Source of the DNA: a virus
IMG/VR virus record: IMGVR_UViG_3300027804_000045
Span: 64,001 to 128,000 of that record
DNA length: 64,000 nt
Direction: 5' to 3' (one strand)
Made by a program: the position numbers and the translations under genes. Under the pieces are notes generated by a model. It had not been told where the DNA came from and searched no databases. It saw only the letters and a program-made list of their open reading frames with translations. Shown in pieces: positions 1 through 9,217 of the stretch; positions within the stretch are counted from its first letter, which is position 1; every line of letters starts with the position of its first letter.

Positions 1-95
1 TTATCAGCATCTGGATCTTCTGGCTTATCCACAACATCGTCAAGATCATCTGATCTTGCAAGTTTCTTTGCTTCGATAACTTCAAAAATCTTCAT
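1..95 (-). CDS. Partial gene (N-terminus only, MKIFEVIEAKKLARSDDLDD...), putative head-packaged protein
   Basis: ATG at 95, GAGGA RBS and CATAAATA upstream; frame runs open off the window start. Confidence 0.7.
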   Translation of the reverse strand, partial: MKIFEVIEAKKLARSDDLDDVVDKPEDPDAD

Positions 96-123
96 AAAAA
101 TGTTCCTCAATCTATGTATATAT

Positions 124-858
124 TTATGCCCAAGGATCGGTAATGACTAATGTGCCATCACTACGTCTCATTACGTTTTCAGTATGAGGATCCCAACCAT
201 ACCCTTTGCTATTTCCTACTTTATGTAATTTACGCAAGGTGTTGTAGAATATCTCATATTCTTTCAACTTGCTAGTATTTTGGGCAACAAACTCTTTCTG
301 TAGTTTTTTAGCATTTGGGTACATGCCCTCGCCCGAATCTTTACTTATTATGTCTACGACTTTCGCCCAATCTAATTGCTTTGCTGAAAGATCGGCTAAC
401 ATCCAAACTACGTATTCGTCTAATGAGCCCTTTTCTAATGGGTATAATTGTTCCATACCATACTGAACAAACGGTTGATCATTTATAGTGAAGTTATAAA
501 CTTCACGACCATCTACTTGTTTGAATTGTGGCAAATTAGGTGCATTTAGTTTTTTGCTCAATTGATAAAACATTCTGAATGTTTCATGGGCAGTATTATC
601 TTCTTTAGGCATGAGTATCTTGACTACAGTACCTTCATCTTTCATCCATACTTGCGCATCATAGCCGCTGCCTATAAACTTATACCCTGCTGCTTTCAAT
701 TTGTTTTTTACAAATTTACTTAGATCCTCATCTTCATTTGTTTTCTTCTTACGACCTTGACAATGGGCGCGTTGACTAAAGCCTTTAGGATTATTACAAT
801 TGATACTGCGCTTATATTTTTGTGACCACTTTTCTGATATGAATTCTTTACTGCGCAT
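124..858 (-). CDS. Protein-kinase-fold protein with an N-terminal small Cys/basic module
   Basis: Gly loop FIGSGYDAQVW, VVK lysine, catalytic loop WDPHTENVM, ITDP metal-binding Asp. Confidence 0.75.
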   Translation of the reverse strand: MRSKEFISEKWSQKYKRSINCNNPKGFSQRAHCQGRKKKTNEDEDLSKFVKNKLKAAGYKFIGSGYDAQVWMKDEGTVVKILMPKEDNTAHETFRMFYQLSKKLNAPNLPQFKQVDGREVYNFTINDQPFVQYGMEQLYPLEKGSLDEYVVWMLADLSAKQLDWAKVVDIISKDSGEGMYPNAKKLQKEFVAQNTSKLKEYEIFYNTLRKLHKVGNSKGYGWDPHTENVMRRSDGTLVITDPWA

Positions 859-1430
859 TATTTTCTACCGATCTTCATATAGCGAGTATAATCAGTTTCC
901 GGATCTTGTAATTCTTTTTTACCTAGATAATTTACAACAGTCATAGGAAACATATCGTCAAACTGTTTCATATCAGCAACTTTAGTTTTGCTCCCGCTCA
1001 CGCTATCACGACCCTGTACTACAACAGGCATACCTTCTGGTACAACATCATACCAATCTGTACTCATGTCATTAATGCTTGTGTTGATTACAATGCCTGG
1101 CTTATCGTATATTACATCTTTAGCATCGGTATGTAAAAATATTAATTGACCGTCGTTGAATAATGGTCTTAATAAACGTTCGCTTGTTTTTAATACACTA
1201 TCGTTAATATCTATCAATACGATATGATCAAAGACGATGCCGGCTTTCTGTAGGATATATGCTAGATTGCCATACCAGCTACCTAATACATAGATAGTTC
1301 TCGCGCATTTATTACCTAGACCTTCCTTAACTTTATTTGCCAGCCATTGTTTGCTAGTCACTAGATCGTCAGTTAAACTACCTTCTAGTGTATTTGGGCT
1401 GGCCTCGTTAGTAAGATCACGTATGCGCAT
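858..1430 (-). CDS. Class I SAM-dependent methyltransferase-like protein
   Basis: Motif I-like YVLGSWYG, acidic LIDIND after strand 2, then DA and INTS. Confidence 0.6.
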   Translation of the reverse strand: MRIRDLTNEASPNTLEGSLTDDLVTSKQWLANKVKEGLGNKCARTIYVLGSWYGNLAYILQKAGIVFDHIVLIDINDSVLKTSERLLRPLFNDGQLIFLHTDAKDVIYDKPGIVINTSINDMSTDWYDVVPEGMPVVVQGRDSVSGSKTKVADMKQFDDMFPMTVVNYLGKKELQDPETDYTRYMKIGRK

Positions 1431-1434
1431 TTCA

Positions 1435-1875
1435 TTATTGTCTATCTTTCTTAAGAACGCTCTTGATCATCCAATTATGTTTTGCATGTGCGTCTAATCT
1501 TTCAGCAAGATAATTCTCAATGCCTCTTTGATTTTCTTTGCCTGCTACAACAAAGCATTCTTGTAATAGACCTAATAATAATTCATTATCGCTCTGTAAT
1601 TCAGCGAACATGAGTTCGGCGCGTGGTACCATAGTTTGATCAGGAAGTATTGATAATTCTTTATAACGCTCAAAACTGCCGGGTGTATAACTATCTAATG
1701 TGCGGATGTACTCTGCTGTCTTATCTAAGCTAGCATATACTTCAGCGTATAGATCGCCGAAAAATTCATGGTATTGGGGAAAGTTTGGTCCTTCAACATT
1801 CCAATGAAAATACTGTGCCTTGATGACGAAGGCATATGAACTTGCTAATAATACTTTTAATTTATCTGCTAACAT
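1435..1875 (-). CDS. dps: Dps/ferritin-like DNA-protection protein
   Basis: HWNVEGPNFPQYHEFF, D..AE.IR, KHNWM signature. Confidence 0.92.
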   Translation of the reverse strand: MLADKLKVLLASSYAFVIKAQYFHWNVEGPNFPQYHEFFGDLYAEVYASLDKTAEYIRTLDSYTPGSFERYKELSILPDQTMVPRAELMFAELQSDNELLLGLLQECFVVAGKENQRGIENYLAERLDAHAKHNWMIKSVLKKDRQ

Positions 1876-1876
1876 A

Positions 1877-1996
1877 TTAATTCGCCTGTATGAAATCTTC
1901 TAGCAACTTTCTTGCTTCACGAAAATTCTGTGCTGTGCATTCAAATACTTTGACTTGACCGCTTTTGCATAAAACTTCAAACTTATAATTTTTCAT
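1877..1996 (-). CDS. Small hypothetical protein, 39 aa (MKNYKFEVLCKSGQVKVFECTAQNFREARKLLEDFIQAN)
   Basis: Not in ORF track; GAGGA RBS, fills the gap, stop lies just before the dps start. Confidence 0.65.
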   Translation of the reverse strand: MKNYKFEVLCKSGQVKVFECTAQNFREARKLLEDFIQAN

Positions 1997-2007
1997 TTTT
2001 TATTCCT

Positions 2008-2190
2008 CTACAGACCATTAATTAAATATTTTTTAAAATGATCCTCATCCTTTTTTTTACAAATTTCATCGCTCACTTTTGTTTTCCAAATTTCTGGAAA
2101 TATTCCATGTACTAATAATATCAATGCCCAACGCCATGCTCTAATCAAATGTTTAAAGTAACCTATATTATTGTCACTTAGATGTGTCAA
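2008..2190 (-). CDS. Small hypothetical protein
   Basis: ORF tiles with neighbours; HL...Y..H...A....LLVHG.FP pattern. Confidence 0.6.
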   Translation of the reverse strand: MTHLSDNNIGYFKHLIRAWRWALILLVHGIFPEIWKTKVSDEICKKKDEDHFKKYLINGL

Positions 2191-2192
2191 GA

Positions 2193-5100
2193 TTAGCGTC
2201 CTTTAATTCCTTTTAATATTGAACTTTCTTTTGTTTTTTGTGGCTGAAGTTGTTGCATTCTCTTTTGTACTTCCGCATCAAGTTTAGGACGATCACGTTC
2301 TAAATAATGTCCCGGAACTTCTACTGGTTCTTCAGGCTGACTGATATCATAGGGTGCTGATTTAGGCGCCCCCGGCTTTTTATATACAGCATTCGGGTTT
2401 GGTACAGGTTTATCCTGTTTGTTCTTATCAGCATTCCTATCTAAAAATTTTTGTAATATTTCCATCTCATTCACCTGTGCTATTATATTATTTGTAGGAA
2501 CATCCGGGAAGTAATGTTTCATACCTTCTTTACCGTGTTCTTGTCTTACCATCAATCTTTGAATACTATCTAAATCTTTTGCACTGATTTTGCTGTCAGG
2601 ATCTAGTCCTAACTCACCAAAAGTATTTTTAATATATGTGTTTGTATCGTTGTTGTCTACTGGCGGGGCATACTTGTGAATCAACTGTCTGCCTGTCAAT
2701 CCTCTCTTTAATGCATCCAATGCTAACTGTCTGCGCATTGCTTCTTTGCCATCTTCGGGATTAGCAAATATAGCGAAACCATTTTTATCAAAGCCTACTG
2801 CTTTATCTAATACGTATCCTGGTCTACGTAGTGCGTCTGTACCGCGCAAATTGCCAGGATTATTTCTTGGATCTACAAAAGTACTGCCTGAGCTTCTACC
2901 ACTATCTGGATATCTGTTGCTAATTTTAGGTTCTACTTTTGGTATAGAAGCGACTGGTGCAACAGGCGCAATAATTGGTTCAGACTGTGTTGGTCTATTA
3001 TATATTATATCACTTAGCGTATCACCTTTTTGTACAACATAAGTATCGCCGGAAGGTAGTCTGATCTTTTGTCCTATATAAATTAAGTTAGGATCTTTAA
3101 TTTTATTTGCTGCTGCTATTTGTTTTATCAAATTTGCGTCATATTCTTTGACCGGCACTTTAGGTTCTATGGCTTTTACTTTAGCATAGTGATCCATTGC
3201 TGTGCCAGGTTTAGCAACTTTTCCAGCAGCAACTTTCCAACCCGGAGGTGCTGTTTGCTTAGTGATTGGATTTATTTTTGCAGGTTCTGGTCTGCCGCCT
3301 CTTACTGCTGCTGATGCCTTATCTAAAAATGCATTGATAGTTTTAGGACTTAATTCATTAACCTTCTCTGCTTTACCTTTTTTAGCATCCTGTTTAAATT
3401 GCAATCTAGTTGCGCGATTTATTCCGCTAAAACGCTTGTTGCCTTTTTGAAAGTCGCCTTCTTTATCAGCAGCACTTGCTTCTGTACCTGCCTTCTTTTT
3501 ATAACTTGCTAGAGTTTCAGGACTCAATTCATTTATCATCTCATCTTCAGGAGTCATAAGTGTAGTCTTAGATGTTTTTGCAGGTTGAGATGGTCTTTGA
3601 ATCTGATATTGGTTTTTAGGATCCGCGAACCAGGCACGTTGAATACTACTATCGGTTGGATCTTTGGCAGTTTCATCCCCTGCAAAATATTTACGCATAG
3701 TAGCGATACGTTTTGTTCCGCCTTTAATTGCGCTAGAAATACCTTCATCCATCTCATCTGGTTTAAGTTTAATCTTGCGATATGCTTGACCCATGCCACC
3801 TGGTGTATTGATTGTTTCTTCTATTTCAGGGGGCATCCATTTTTGATATTGTCCTGCTTTAGGCATATCGTCAAATGATGGAAGTGTTTGATCCCATGTT
3901 TTGTATTGGCCTGGCTTCATATCAGGACTCGCGGCTTGTCTAGATGTTTGAGCAGCAGGTTTTTTAACACCTATATCTTTATAATCAATATTATATTTGC
4001 GCATCAATGCGTTCATCTGTCTCTGTTGTATATCCATATCAACAGGATCTCCGCCGCGCATAATTGATTTAAACAATTGTGCTACTGTGTTTACCGCGCC
4101 TAGACGGCCGCCTGCTTCATCAAGTTCTTCGCCTAATCCAAAGCCGCCAACTGCACCTGCGCTATAACCTTCTTTGATACCTCGACCTATTGAACTTGTT
4201 GGTTTATAATTTTTAAAGTAATCTTTTACTGCTTGAGGATTGTCATAGGCAGCAAGTGCTGCTTCCGCACCTAATGACGCTGCTTGTGCTCCGAAATGGG
4301 GTACAAGGCCGGTAGTAGTAGCGACACCTCTTAATGCTGCACCAGCGTAATCTTTATTGCCTAAACGTTTTTGAAAATCTTTATAATCATCCTGTACAGT
4401 TAATAAAGTTGCTGCAGGTAAAACTCCCTTACCTATTGTTTTTGCTGCTTTCTTAATTGCGCCTGATGAAGGTTGAGGAACAGCAACAGCATCAGTATTT
4501 TCAAATGGCATTTCAGGTTGTGAATATTCAATCTTTCTTGGTCTTTGAGGTATTGCTACGTCAGTTGATCTGTTTCTATCGATAGGACCATTTGGTTCTG
4601 ACGTATCAGCACCTGGTGCACCTAATATATCAGAATCTTGCTCATCAGGTACAGCGACCGGAGGAGGAGTCATGATTGATGTGTCGCTAGATGGAGGTGC
4701 TGTTGTTATATCTACTGTATCTTTATCAGGCGAAGGCGGCGGAGGATTGTTGCTTGCGCTTGATGTAGGACCGCCACCGGATGGTGGAGGGGGAGGGGGA
4801 GGTGGAGCGGATGATGTCTGTGCGGGAGCAGTTGTTTTATCTCTTGGATCTGTACCTTTGACTAGCCCTGCCGCAGCGCCGCCGACAACACCTAATGCTG
4901 CTAATGCTGCTTTAACCTTTTTCGGTACAAGTGGAGATTTTGCGACATCATCAGCCCATTTACTGTTATCAGGAAGATTTTTCCACCAGCGCATGTCTGG
5001 TTCATAACCCTTTTTACCTATCTGTGCTCCTAAACTTTGTGGAGGTGCTGCAGGTGCCGCAGCAACAGATGGTGTCCTTGTAGTTTTAGGTTTTGTCGTT

Positions 5101-5750
5101 TTAGGTGTATCCGTACGTACAGGTTCCAATGCACCTGTCTGTGGATTTACTCTTGCTCTTGGTTTATCTGTAACAGGTTTATCTGTTGCTTGTGCAGCTT
5201 TTGCTGCTGCTCTTTGTTCGCGCTTACGTATAGCGTCAGGAGTTTGACTTAACTGACGACCTGACGTTTTTTCAGGTTGTGCTGCTTGTTGAGCTGGTTG
5301 ATTAGTGCCTTTTAATTTATCAATACCAAACGCTTGATCAACCTTTTGTCTAAATTCTGGATCATCAATATATTTTTGTATTTGATCACCTAAAATTGCG
5401 CCTAATGGTCCGCCGGCAAGTCCTCCAGCAATTTTACCTTTCCAACGCGCTTCTTCTAATTGTCCTTGCATTGCTAGGAAATCTTCATACATTTTAGTAG
5501 CTAGATTAACAAGATCGCTTGTATCAATTTCGGGATAGTTTGTTTTGATATTATTTTGATTTGCAGCTAACCATTTTGTTGCCTGACCTATCCATTCTTC
5601 AGCAGACAAATCAAAGTCTTGAACCATTGGTGTCATGATATAACGCTTTAATAGCATTTTTTCAGCAGCACTACCTTTTGGATTTTGACGTACAATATTT
5701 TGTATTTGGCGTGACGCTGCTTTATCTAAACCTTCAAAAATTTTACTCAT
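2193..5750 (-). CDS. Large modular virion (internal head/ejection) protein with C-terminal permuted LysM and NNPGN lysozyme-like domain
   Basis: 1185 aa; ANKIKDPNLIYIGQKIRLP + YVVQKGDTLSDI; RNNPGNLR...FAIF...KYAPPVDNNDT; many L/I/V-x-E sites. Confidence 0.7.
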   Translation of the reverse strand: MSKIFEGLDKAASRQIQNIVRQNPKGSAAEKMLLKRYIMTPMVQDFDLSAEEWIGQATKWLAANQNNIKTNYPEIDTSDLVNLATKMYEDFLAMQGQLEEARWKGKIAGGLAGGPLGAILGDQIQKYIDDPEFRQKVDQAFGIDKLKGTNQPAQQAAQPEKTSGRQLSQTPDAIRKREQRAAAKAAQATDKPVTDKPRARVNPQTGALEPVRTDTPKTTKPKTTRTPSVAAAPAAPPQSLGAQIGKKGYEPDMRWWKNLPDNSKWADDVAKSPLVPKKVKAALAALGVVGGAAAGLVKGTDPRDKTTAPAQTSSAPPPPPPPPSGGGPTSSASNNPPPPSPDKDTVDITTAPPSSDTSIMTPPPVAVPDEQDSDILGAPGADTSEPNGPIDRNRSTDVAIPQRPRKIEYSQPEMPFENTDAVAVPQPSSGAIKKAAKTIGKGVLPAATLLTVQDDYKDFQKRLGNKDYAGAALRGVATTTGLVPHFGAQAASLGAEAALAAYDNPQAVKDYFKNYKPTSSIGRGIKEGYSAGAVGGFGLGEELDEAGGRLGAVNTVAQLFKSIMRGGDPVDMDIQQRQMNALMRKYNIDYKDIGVKKPAAQTSRQAASPDMKPGQYKTWDQTLPSFDDMPKAGQYQKWMPPEIEETINTPGGMGQAYRKIKLKPDEMDEGISSAIKGGTKRIATMRKYFAGDETAKDPTDSSIQRAWFADPKNQYQIQRPSQPAKTSKTTLMTPEDEMINELSPETLASYKKKAGTEASAADKEGDFQKGNKRFSGINRATRLQFKQDAKKGKAEKVNELSPKTINAFLDKASAAVRGGRPEPAKINPITKQTAPPGWKVAAGKVAKPGTAMDHYAKVKAIEPKVPVKEYDANLIKQIAAANKIKDPNLIYIGQKIRLPSGDTYVVQKGDTLSDIIYNRPTQSEPIIAPVAPVASIPKVEPKISNRYPDSGRSSGSTFVDPRNNPGNLRGTDALRRPGYVLDKAVGFDKNGFAIFANPEDGKEAMRRQLALDALKRGLTGRQLIHKYAPPVDNNDTNTYIKNTFGELGLDPDSKISAKDLDSIQRLMVRQEHGKEGMKHYFPDVPTNNIIAQVNEMEILQKFLDRNADKNKQDKPVPNPNAVYKKPGAPKSAPYDISQPEEPVEVPGHYLERDRPKLDAEVQKRMQQLQPQKTKESSILKGIKGR

Positions 5751-6112
5751 TTGCTATCTCTCTTACTTTTTGTAGCAACATTCTTTGCTTTGCCACTACG
5801 TTCTGGATTAGGATCTTCTCTGCGCTTACGTGCTGCTGCGCTGGCGCGACCTTTTTTTCCTAGACTATGTGCTTTGCTCTGTGGTAAGCACTTAGGCTTA
5901 CCCTCGCTATTACTACCTCTAGCACATGCTCCGCGAATCTTTCCATCTGGTCCAAAACGAACCCACTTCTCTTTGAACCACTTGCGTAAATCTTCTTCTA
6001 ATTCTTGTTCAGATACTTTAACACAATTTGGAACCATACGACCACCTTTAGGCTTCATGCCTTTCTGTGTGTATCCTTTCCAACATGCTTCTAGTATCTG
6101 GCGATATCTCAT
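5747..6112 (-). CDS. Small basic Cys-containing putative head protein (two modules)
   Basis: CWKGY..KG.K....VPNCV module, then LEE, then LRKWFKEKWV...PKCLP module. Confidence 0.7.
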   Translation of the reverse strand: MRYRQILEACWKGYTQKGMKPKGGRMVPNCVKVSEQELEEDLRKWFKEKWVRFGPDGKIRGACARGSNSEGKPKCLPQSKAHSLGKKGRASAAARKRREDPNPERSGKAKNVATKSKRDSK

Positions 6113-7515
6113 TTTTTGCTCTTGTTGCCCCAGTTCTTTGCGCCTTTCTTACGGCATTTAACTAACGCACCGCTAGCATATGCTGATGGCCATACTTTGT
6201 AGCGGCTCTTGACTTTATGATAGCAAGCATCTTTGGCTTCAGCGATACTTTCTTCACTGTAAGAAGGTCCGCCGCACTCGACACATCTTTCTTCCTTAAC
6301 ATCTATATTATCAGTTGGACTACGTGAATAACTAAATTCTTTGCCCTTATTCCAATCTTTTTGCCTCATAGTGCTGACAGCTTTTTCTGCTGCTTGTAGA
6401 GTATTAAATGTGTATGGTTCTTTGTTTTTATCTTTTACAATTTTTCCATTTATGCGAACATACCAAGGACCTTGATTATATTTTCTTGCGCGTTCCTCTT
6501 CACCGGCTAATTCTGCATCCATTTCTCTTCTTTTGAAATCTCTTCTTTCTTGATCCATCGCCGATTGTTCACGGCGTTCATAGTCAAGTGGATTATAAGG
6601 TCTTGATTCTTCAAAATTGCTCATGCCACCTGCCAACACTCCAGCACTTTCTTTTTGTATTTTGTCTGATGCCGCTTTACCTGCCGCACCAGCTCCGGCT
6701 GCTGCACCTACTTTTGTTGCTGTCTTGATATTCTTGACGTTTTGATTAGTTTGATTTGCTATAGCGCGTTGTACTTCTACTGTTTTAGGTAAATCTCCTA
6801 TTTGTTTTTTTGCCGCTGCATGTGCTAGTTTACCTACAACATTTGCTAAACCTTCCGCAGCGTAATCATGTTCTAAACTATCGGCTACGCTGTTTAGATA
6901 GTCAGAAGCTAATGTGATGTATGATTGCTGCCAGCCCATCAAGCCTTCATCTTCTGTGCGGTTTTCTATCATCTTATAGATACGCATAGCGTCTTTAGCA
7001 GCAGCATATAAATCACTACGCGCCATCTCTACTTCATGGTCACGGCGATCTGCCTTATGCGGAATGAAACTTGTATCTTTCATACGGCGCATGCCTGGGA
7101 CTACGATTAAATCATCTTCCTTTAATTCATCTTCCTTAATAGGCTCGTCTAATTGTTTAGCAGCATTTTTATCTGTGTACCCAGTATCGTGCCATGCTTT
7201 AGAACCTGTTTTAGTGCTAGGTGCTGGTTTAGGTGCAGATGTTGGTTTGGGCGCAGCCGCTGTATTTGATTTAGTAAAAAATTCTTTAGTTTTATTATAT
7301 ACTTTTTGAAATTCGTCAGCATCCATATGCTTAAGGTTATAGGCAAGTGCCTTCATAGCACCTTCGCTGATTTGATTAGCGAACTTCTTTTTATTCTTTT
7401 TAACAGGCGGACTTTTAGGTGGTTTTTCAACCCTTGTTTCAATTTCACCTAGTGGTTTCGCTACTGTTGCGATAGAACCTGCGACAGTACTTTCAAAAAT
7501 ATCATTAACTTTCAT
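6109..7515 (-). CDS. Modular putative head protein
   Basis: Start reassigned to MKVNDIFES at 7515 (downstream of the late promoter); C-terminal DACYHKVKSRYKVWPSAYASGALVKCRK module. Confidence 0.7.
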   Translation of the reverse strand: MKVNDIFESTVAGSIATVAKPLGEIETRVEKPPKSPPVKKNKKKFANQISEGAMKALAYNLKHMDADEFQKVYNKTKEFFTKSNTAAAPKPTSAPKPAPSTKTGSKAWHDTGYTDKNAAKQLDEPIKEDELKEDDLIVVPGMRRMKDTSFIPHKADRRDHEVEMARSDLYAAAKDAMRIYKMIENRTEDEGLMGWQQSYITLASDYLNSVADSLEHDYAAEGLANVVGKLAHAAAKKQIGDLPKTVEVQRAIANQTNQNVKNIKTATKVGAAAGAGAAGKAASDKIQKESAGVLAGGMSNFEESRPYNPLDYERREQSAMDQERRDFKRREMDAELAGEEERARKYNQGPWYVRINGKIVKDKNKEPYTFNTLQAAEKAVSTMRQKDWNKGKEFSYSRSPTDNIDVKEERCVECGGPSYSEESIAEAKDACYHKVKSRYKVWPSAYASGALVKCRKKGAKNWGNKSKK

Positions 7516-7538
7516 ATAGATAATCCGCAATAATATAG

Positions 7539-7546
7539 TATTTATC
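7539..7546 (-). promoter_or_regulatory. T4-like late promoter GATAAATA
   Basis: Just downstream of the terminator and upstream of the head-protein cluster. Confidence 0.7.
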
Positions 7547-7569
7547 TATAATTCGGATATATGTTGCAC

Positions 7570-7594
7570 AAAAGAAAAAGCCCCTTTCGGGGCT
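7570..7594 (-). terminator. Rho-independent terminator
   Basis: AGCCCC-GAAA-GGGGCT followed by TTTTCTTTT. Confidence 0.85.
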
Positions 7595-7601
7595 CTCTCT
7601 G

Positions 7602-8471
7602 TTACTTGCCCTCTTGGGCTTTCTTTGCTTCTTGATCCTTGACGTACATCGGGCCGATGTTATCAAGTAGATACTGCTGATTCTCCATGCAAAATACATA
7701 AGAACCGCTATGACGCAATAGAACTCGCTTGTCAACCCAGATACGGCCACCAAGATCGCGCCAGTTCTCACAGAAAGTCCAATCTTCAGAATAGTAACGA
7801 TTCTGACGAACGGCTGTGTCGAAATAAGTCTTGAGGTACTTGTCGTACTTAGGATCAAGACCGATATCGTTCTTGTACTGCTTGACAGCAGGGTGATTAT
7901 TCATCTTTTCAAATACATGCTTCTTCATCAATAAGAAGCCTGTGCCTGCCTTGCTAACTTCTTGTAGACCGTCTGGGCCTTCTTCTGCACCATCAAATCC
8001 ATTGACTACCCACTTGATGGGCATAGTCTTCATGGGGTACAGACCACCAATCACATCTACATTTCTATTCAATAAAACTAGCAAGTGCCATGGTTCCCAG
8101 CCAATGTCAGCATCGACAAAGAACAGGTGAGTAGCGTCTGGCATATCAAGGAACTTAGCAGTAAGTGTATTACGTGCGCGGCTAATAAGTGACTCATTAA
8201 CCATAGTTTCTAGCGTCCAGTCGATACCCAACTGACGGGCGGTATTCGCCCACTTGATGAAACTCATAAATGTTGATTCAGTCAACATACCACCATAGCA
8301 GGGCATAGCAATATGTACTCTAGTAGTACGTAGGAAATCTACGTTTACTTGTACTTGATTCTGTCCTGGTACAGTTGGTTCTTGATTTTGAGCAGCTTGC
8401 TGCTCAACAATCTCTTGTACCTTTTCTACAGGTACTGTCTTCTCTTCGTTCTTTTGTTTTTTAGTGGCCAT
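7602..8471 (-). CDS. GT-A fold glycosyltransferase-like protein
   Basis: AMPCYGG, SLISRARN, FFVDADI (DxD), GTGFLL, SEDWTFC; start MATKK after GAGAGG RBS. Confidence 0.75.
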   Translation of the reverse strand: MATKKQKNEEKTVPVEKVQEIVEQQAAQNQEPTVPGQNQVQVNVDFLRTTRVHIAMPCYGGMLTESTFMSFIKWANTARQLGIDWTLETMVNESLISRARNTLTAKFLDMPDATHLFFVDADIGWEPWHLLVLLNRNVDVIGGLYPMKTMPIKWVVNGFDGAEEGPDGLQEVSKAGTGFLLMKKHVFEKMNNHPAVKQYKNDIGLDPKYDKYLKTYFDTAVRQNRYYSEDWTFCENWRDLGGRIWVDKRVLLRHSGSYVFCMENQQYLLDNIGPMYVKDQEAKKAQEGK

Positions 8472-8520
8472 ATATCCTCTCAAAATGTATGAATATTTAC
8501 ATCATGAGAGGGGTGTGAAA

Positions 8521-9216
8521 TTATTTTTCTGGTAGATAATCTAGGCTTTCTGTTTTAGGCTTTTTACCAGCTTTTTTCATATTGATTGCTGTAGCAGCTT
8601 GTTGCGCTGGATTTGCCGCCTCATCAACTGTTTCTGTGCCCATGCCTGCGTCCAGTAATTTTACAACGTTAGTTGCTAATTTAGGATTACTCTGAGTAGC
8701 AGGATACAAACTCATAACCATTGCTGTTTTTTGTCGCATATTTAAAGTAGGCCAGTTGTCTCTAATTTCTGTCGCACTTTTAATTCCTGGACCAAAAGTT
8801 ATGGTTGGTAAATATGTGATATATGCTTGTTTTCCGTAAGGTTTTACATTTTTTCCAGTATAAGGTTGAAAGTAACTAGGTGTGCCATCTTTTTTTGTTC
8901 CACCTGGTTTAGGTTCTTCTAACCTATCTTTTTCGCTGCGCACAAAAATAAGTACATCTTCATTAGGATTGAAATGATCAGTGATTTCTTTTGGTCTAAA
9001 AGGACTTTTTACCTGTATAAAATGACTAGGATCTACACCGGCAACTCTTGCCAGTTTCTCTTTAATATTAAATGGAAACGGTCTTTCTTTTTGATCGTTA
9101 GTCGCAGCTACAAACACTTCAGCATCTGGAAATTGTTCTTTTGCGGCCTGGTAAAGGCTGTAATGCCCTGCATGAAAAGGATGAAAACCACCTGGCATTA
9201 CAACAATCTGTTTCAT
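8521..9216 (-). CDS. Cytidyltransferase-like (HxGH) nucleotidyltransferase
   Basis: PGGFHPFHAGH and SATEIR motifs. Confidence 0.8.
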   Translation of the reverse strand: MKQIVVMPGGFHPFHAGHYSLYQAAKEQFPDAEVFVAATNDQKERPFPFNIKEKLARVAGVDPSHFIQVKSPFRPKEITDHFNPNEDVLIFVRSEKDRLEEPKPGGTKKDGTPSYFQPYTGKNVKPYGKQAYITYLPTITFGPGIKSATEIRDNWPTLNMRQKTAMVMSLYPATQSNPKLATNVVKLLDAGMGTETVDEAANPAQQAATAINMKKAGKKPKTESLDYLPEK

Positions 9217-9217
9217 A

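Noticed and set aside
7602-8471. Glycosyltransferase acting on the Thr-rich collagen fibres
   Set aside because: Plausible, but nothing in the sequence links them; genes are distant and the substrate cannot be inferred
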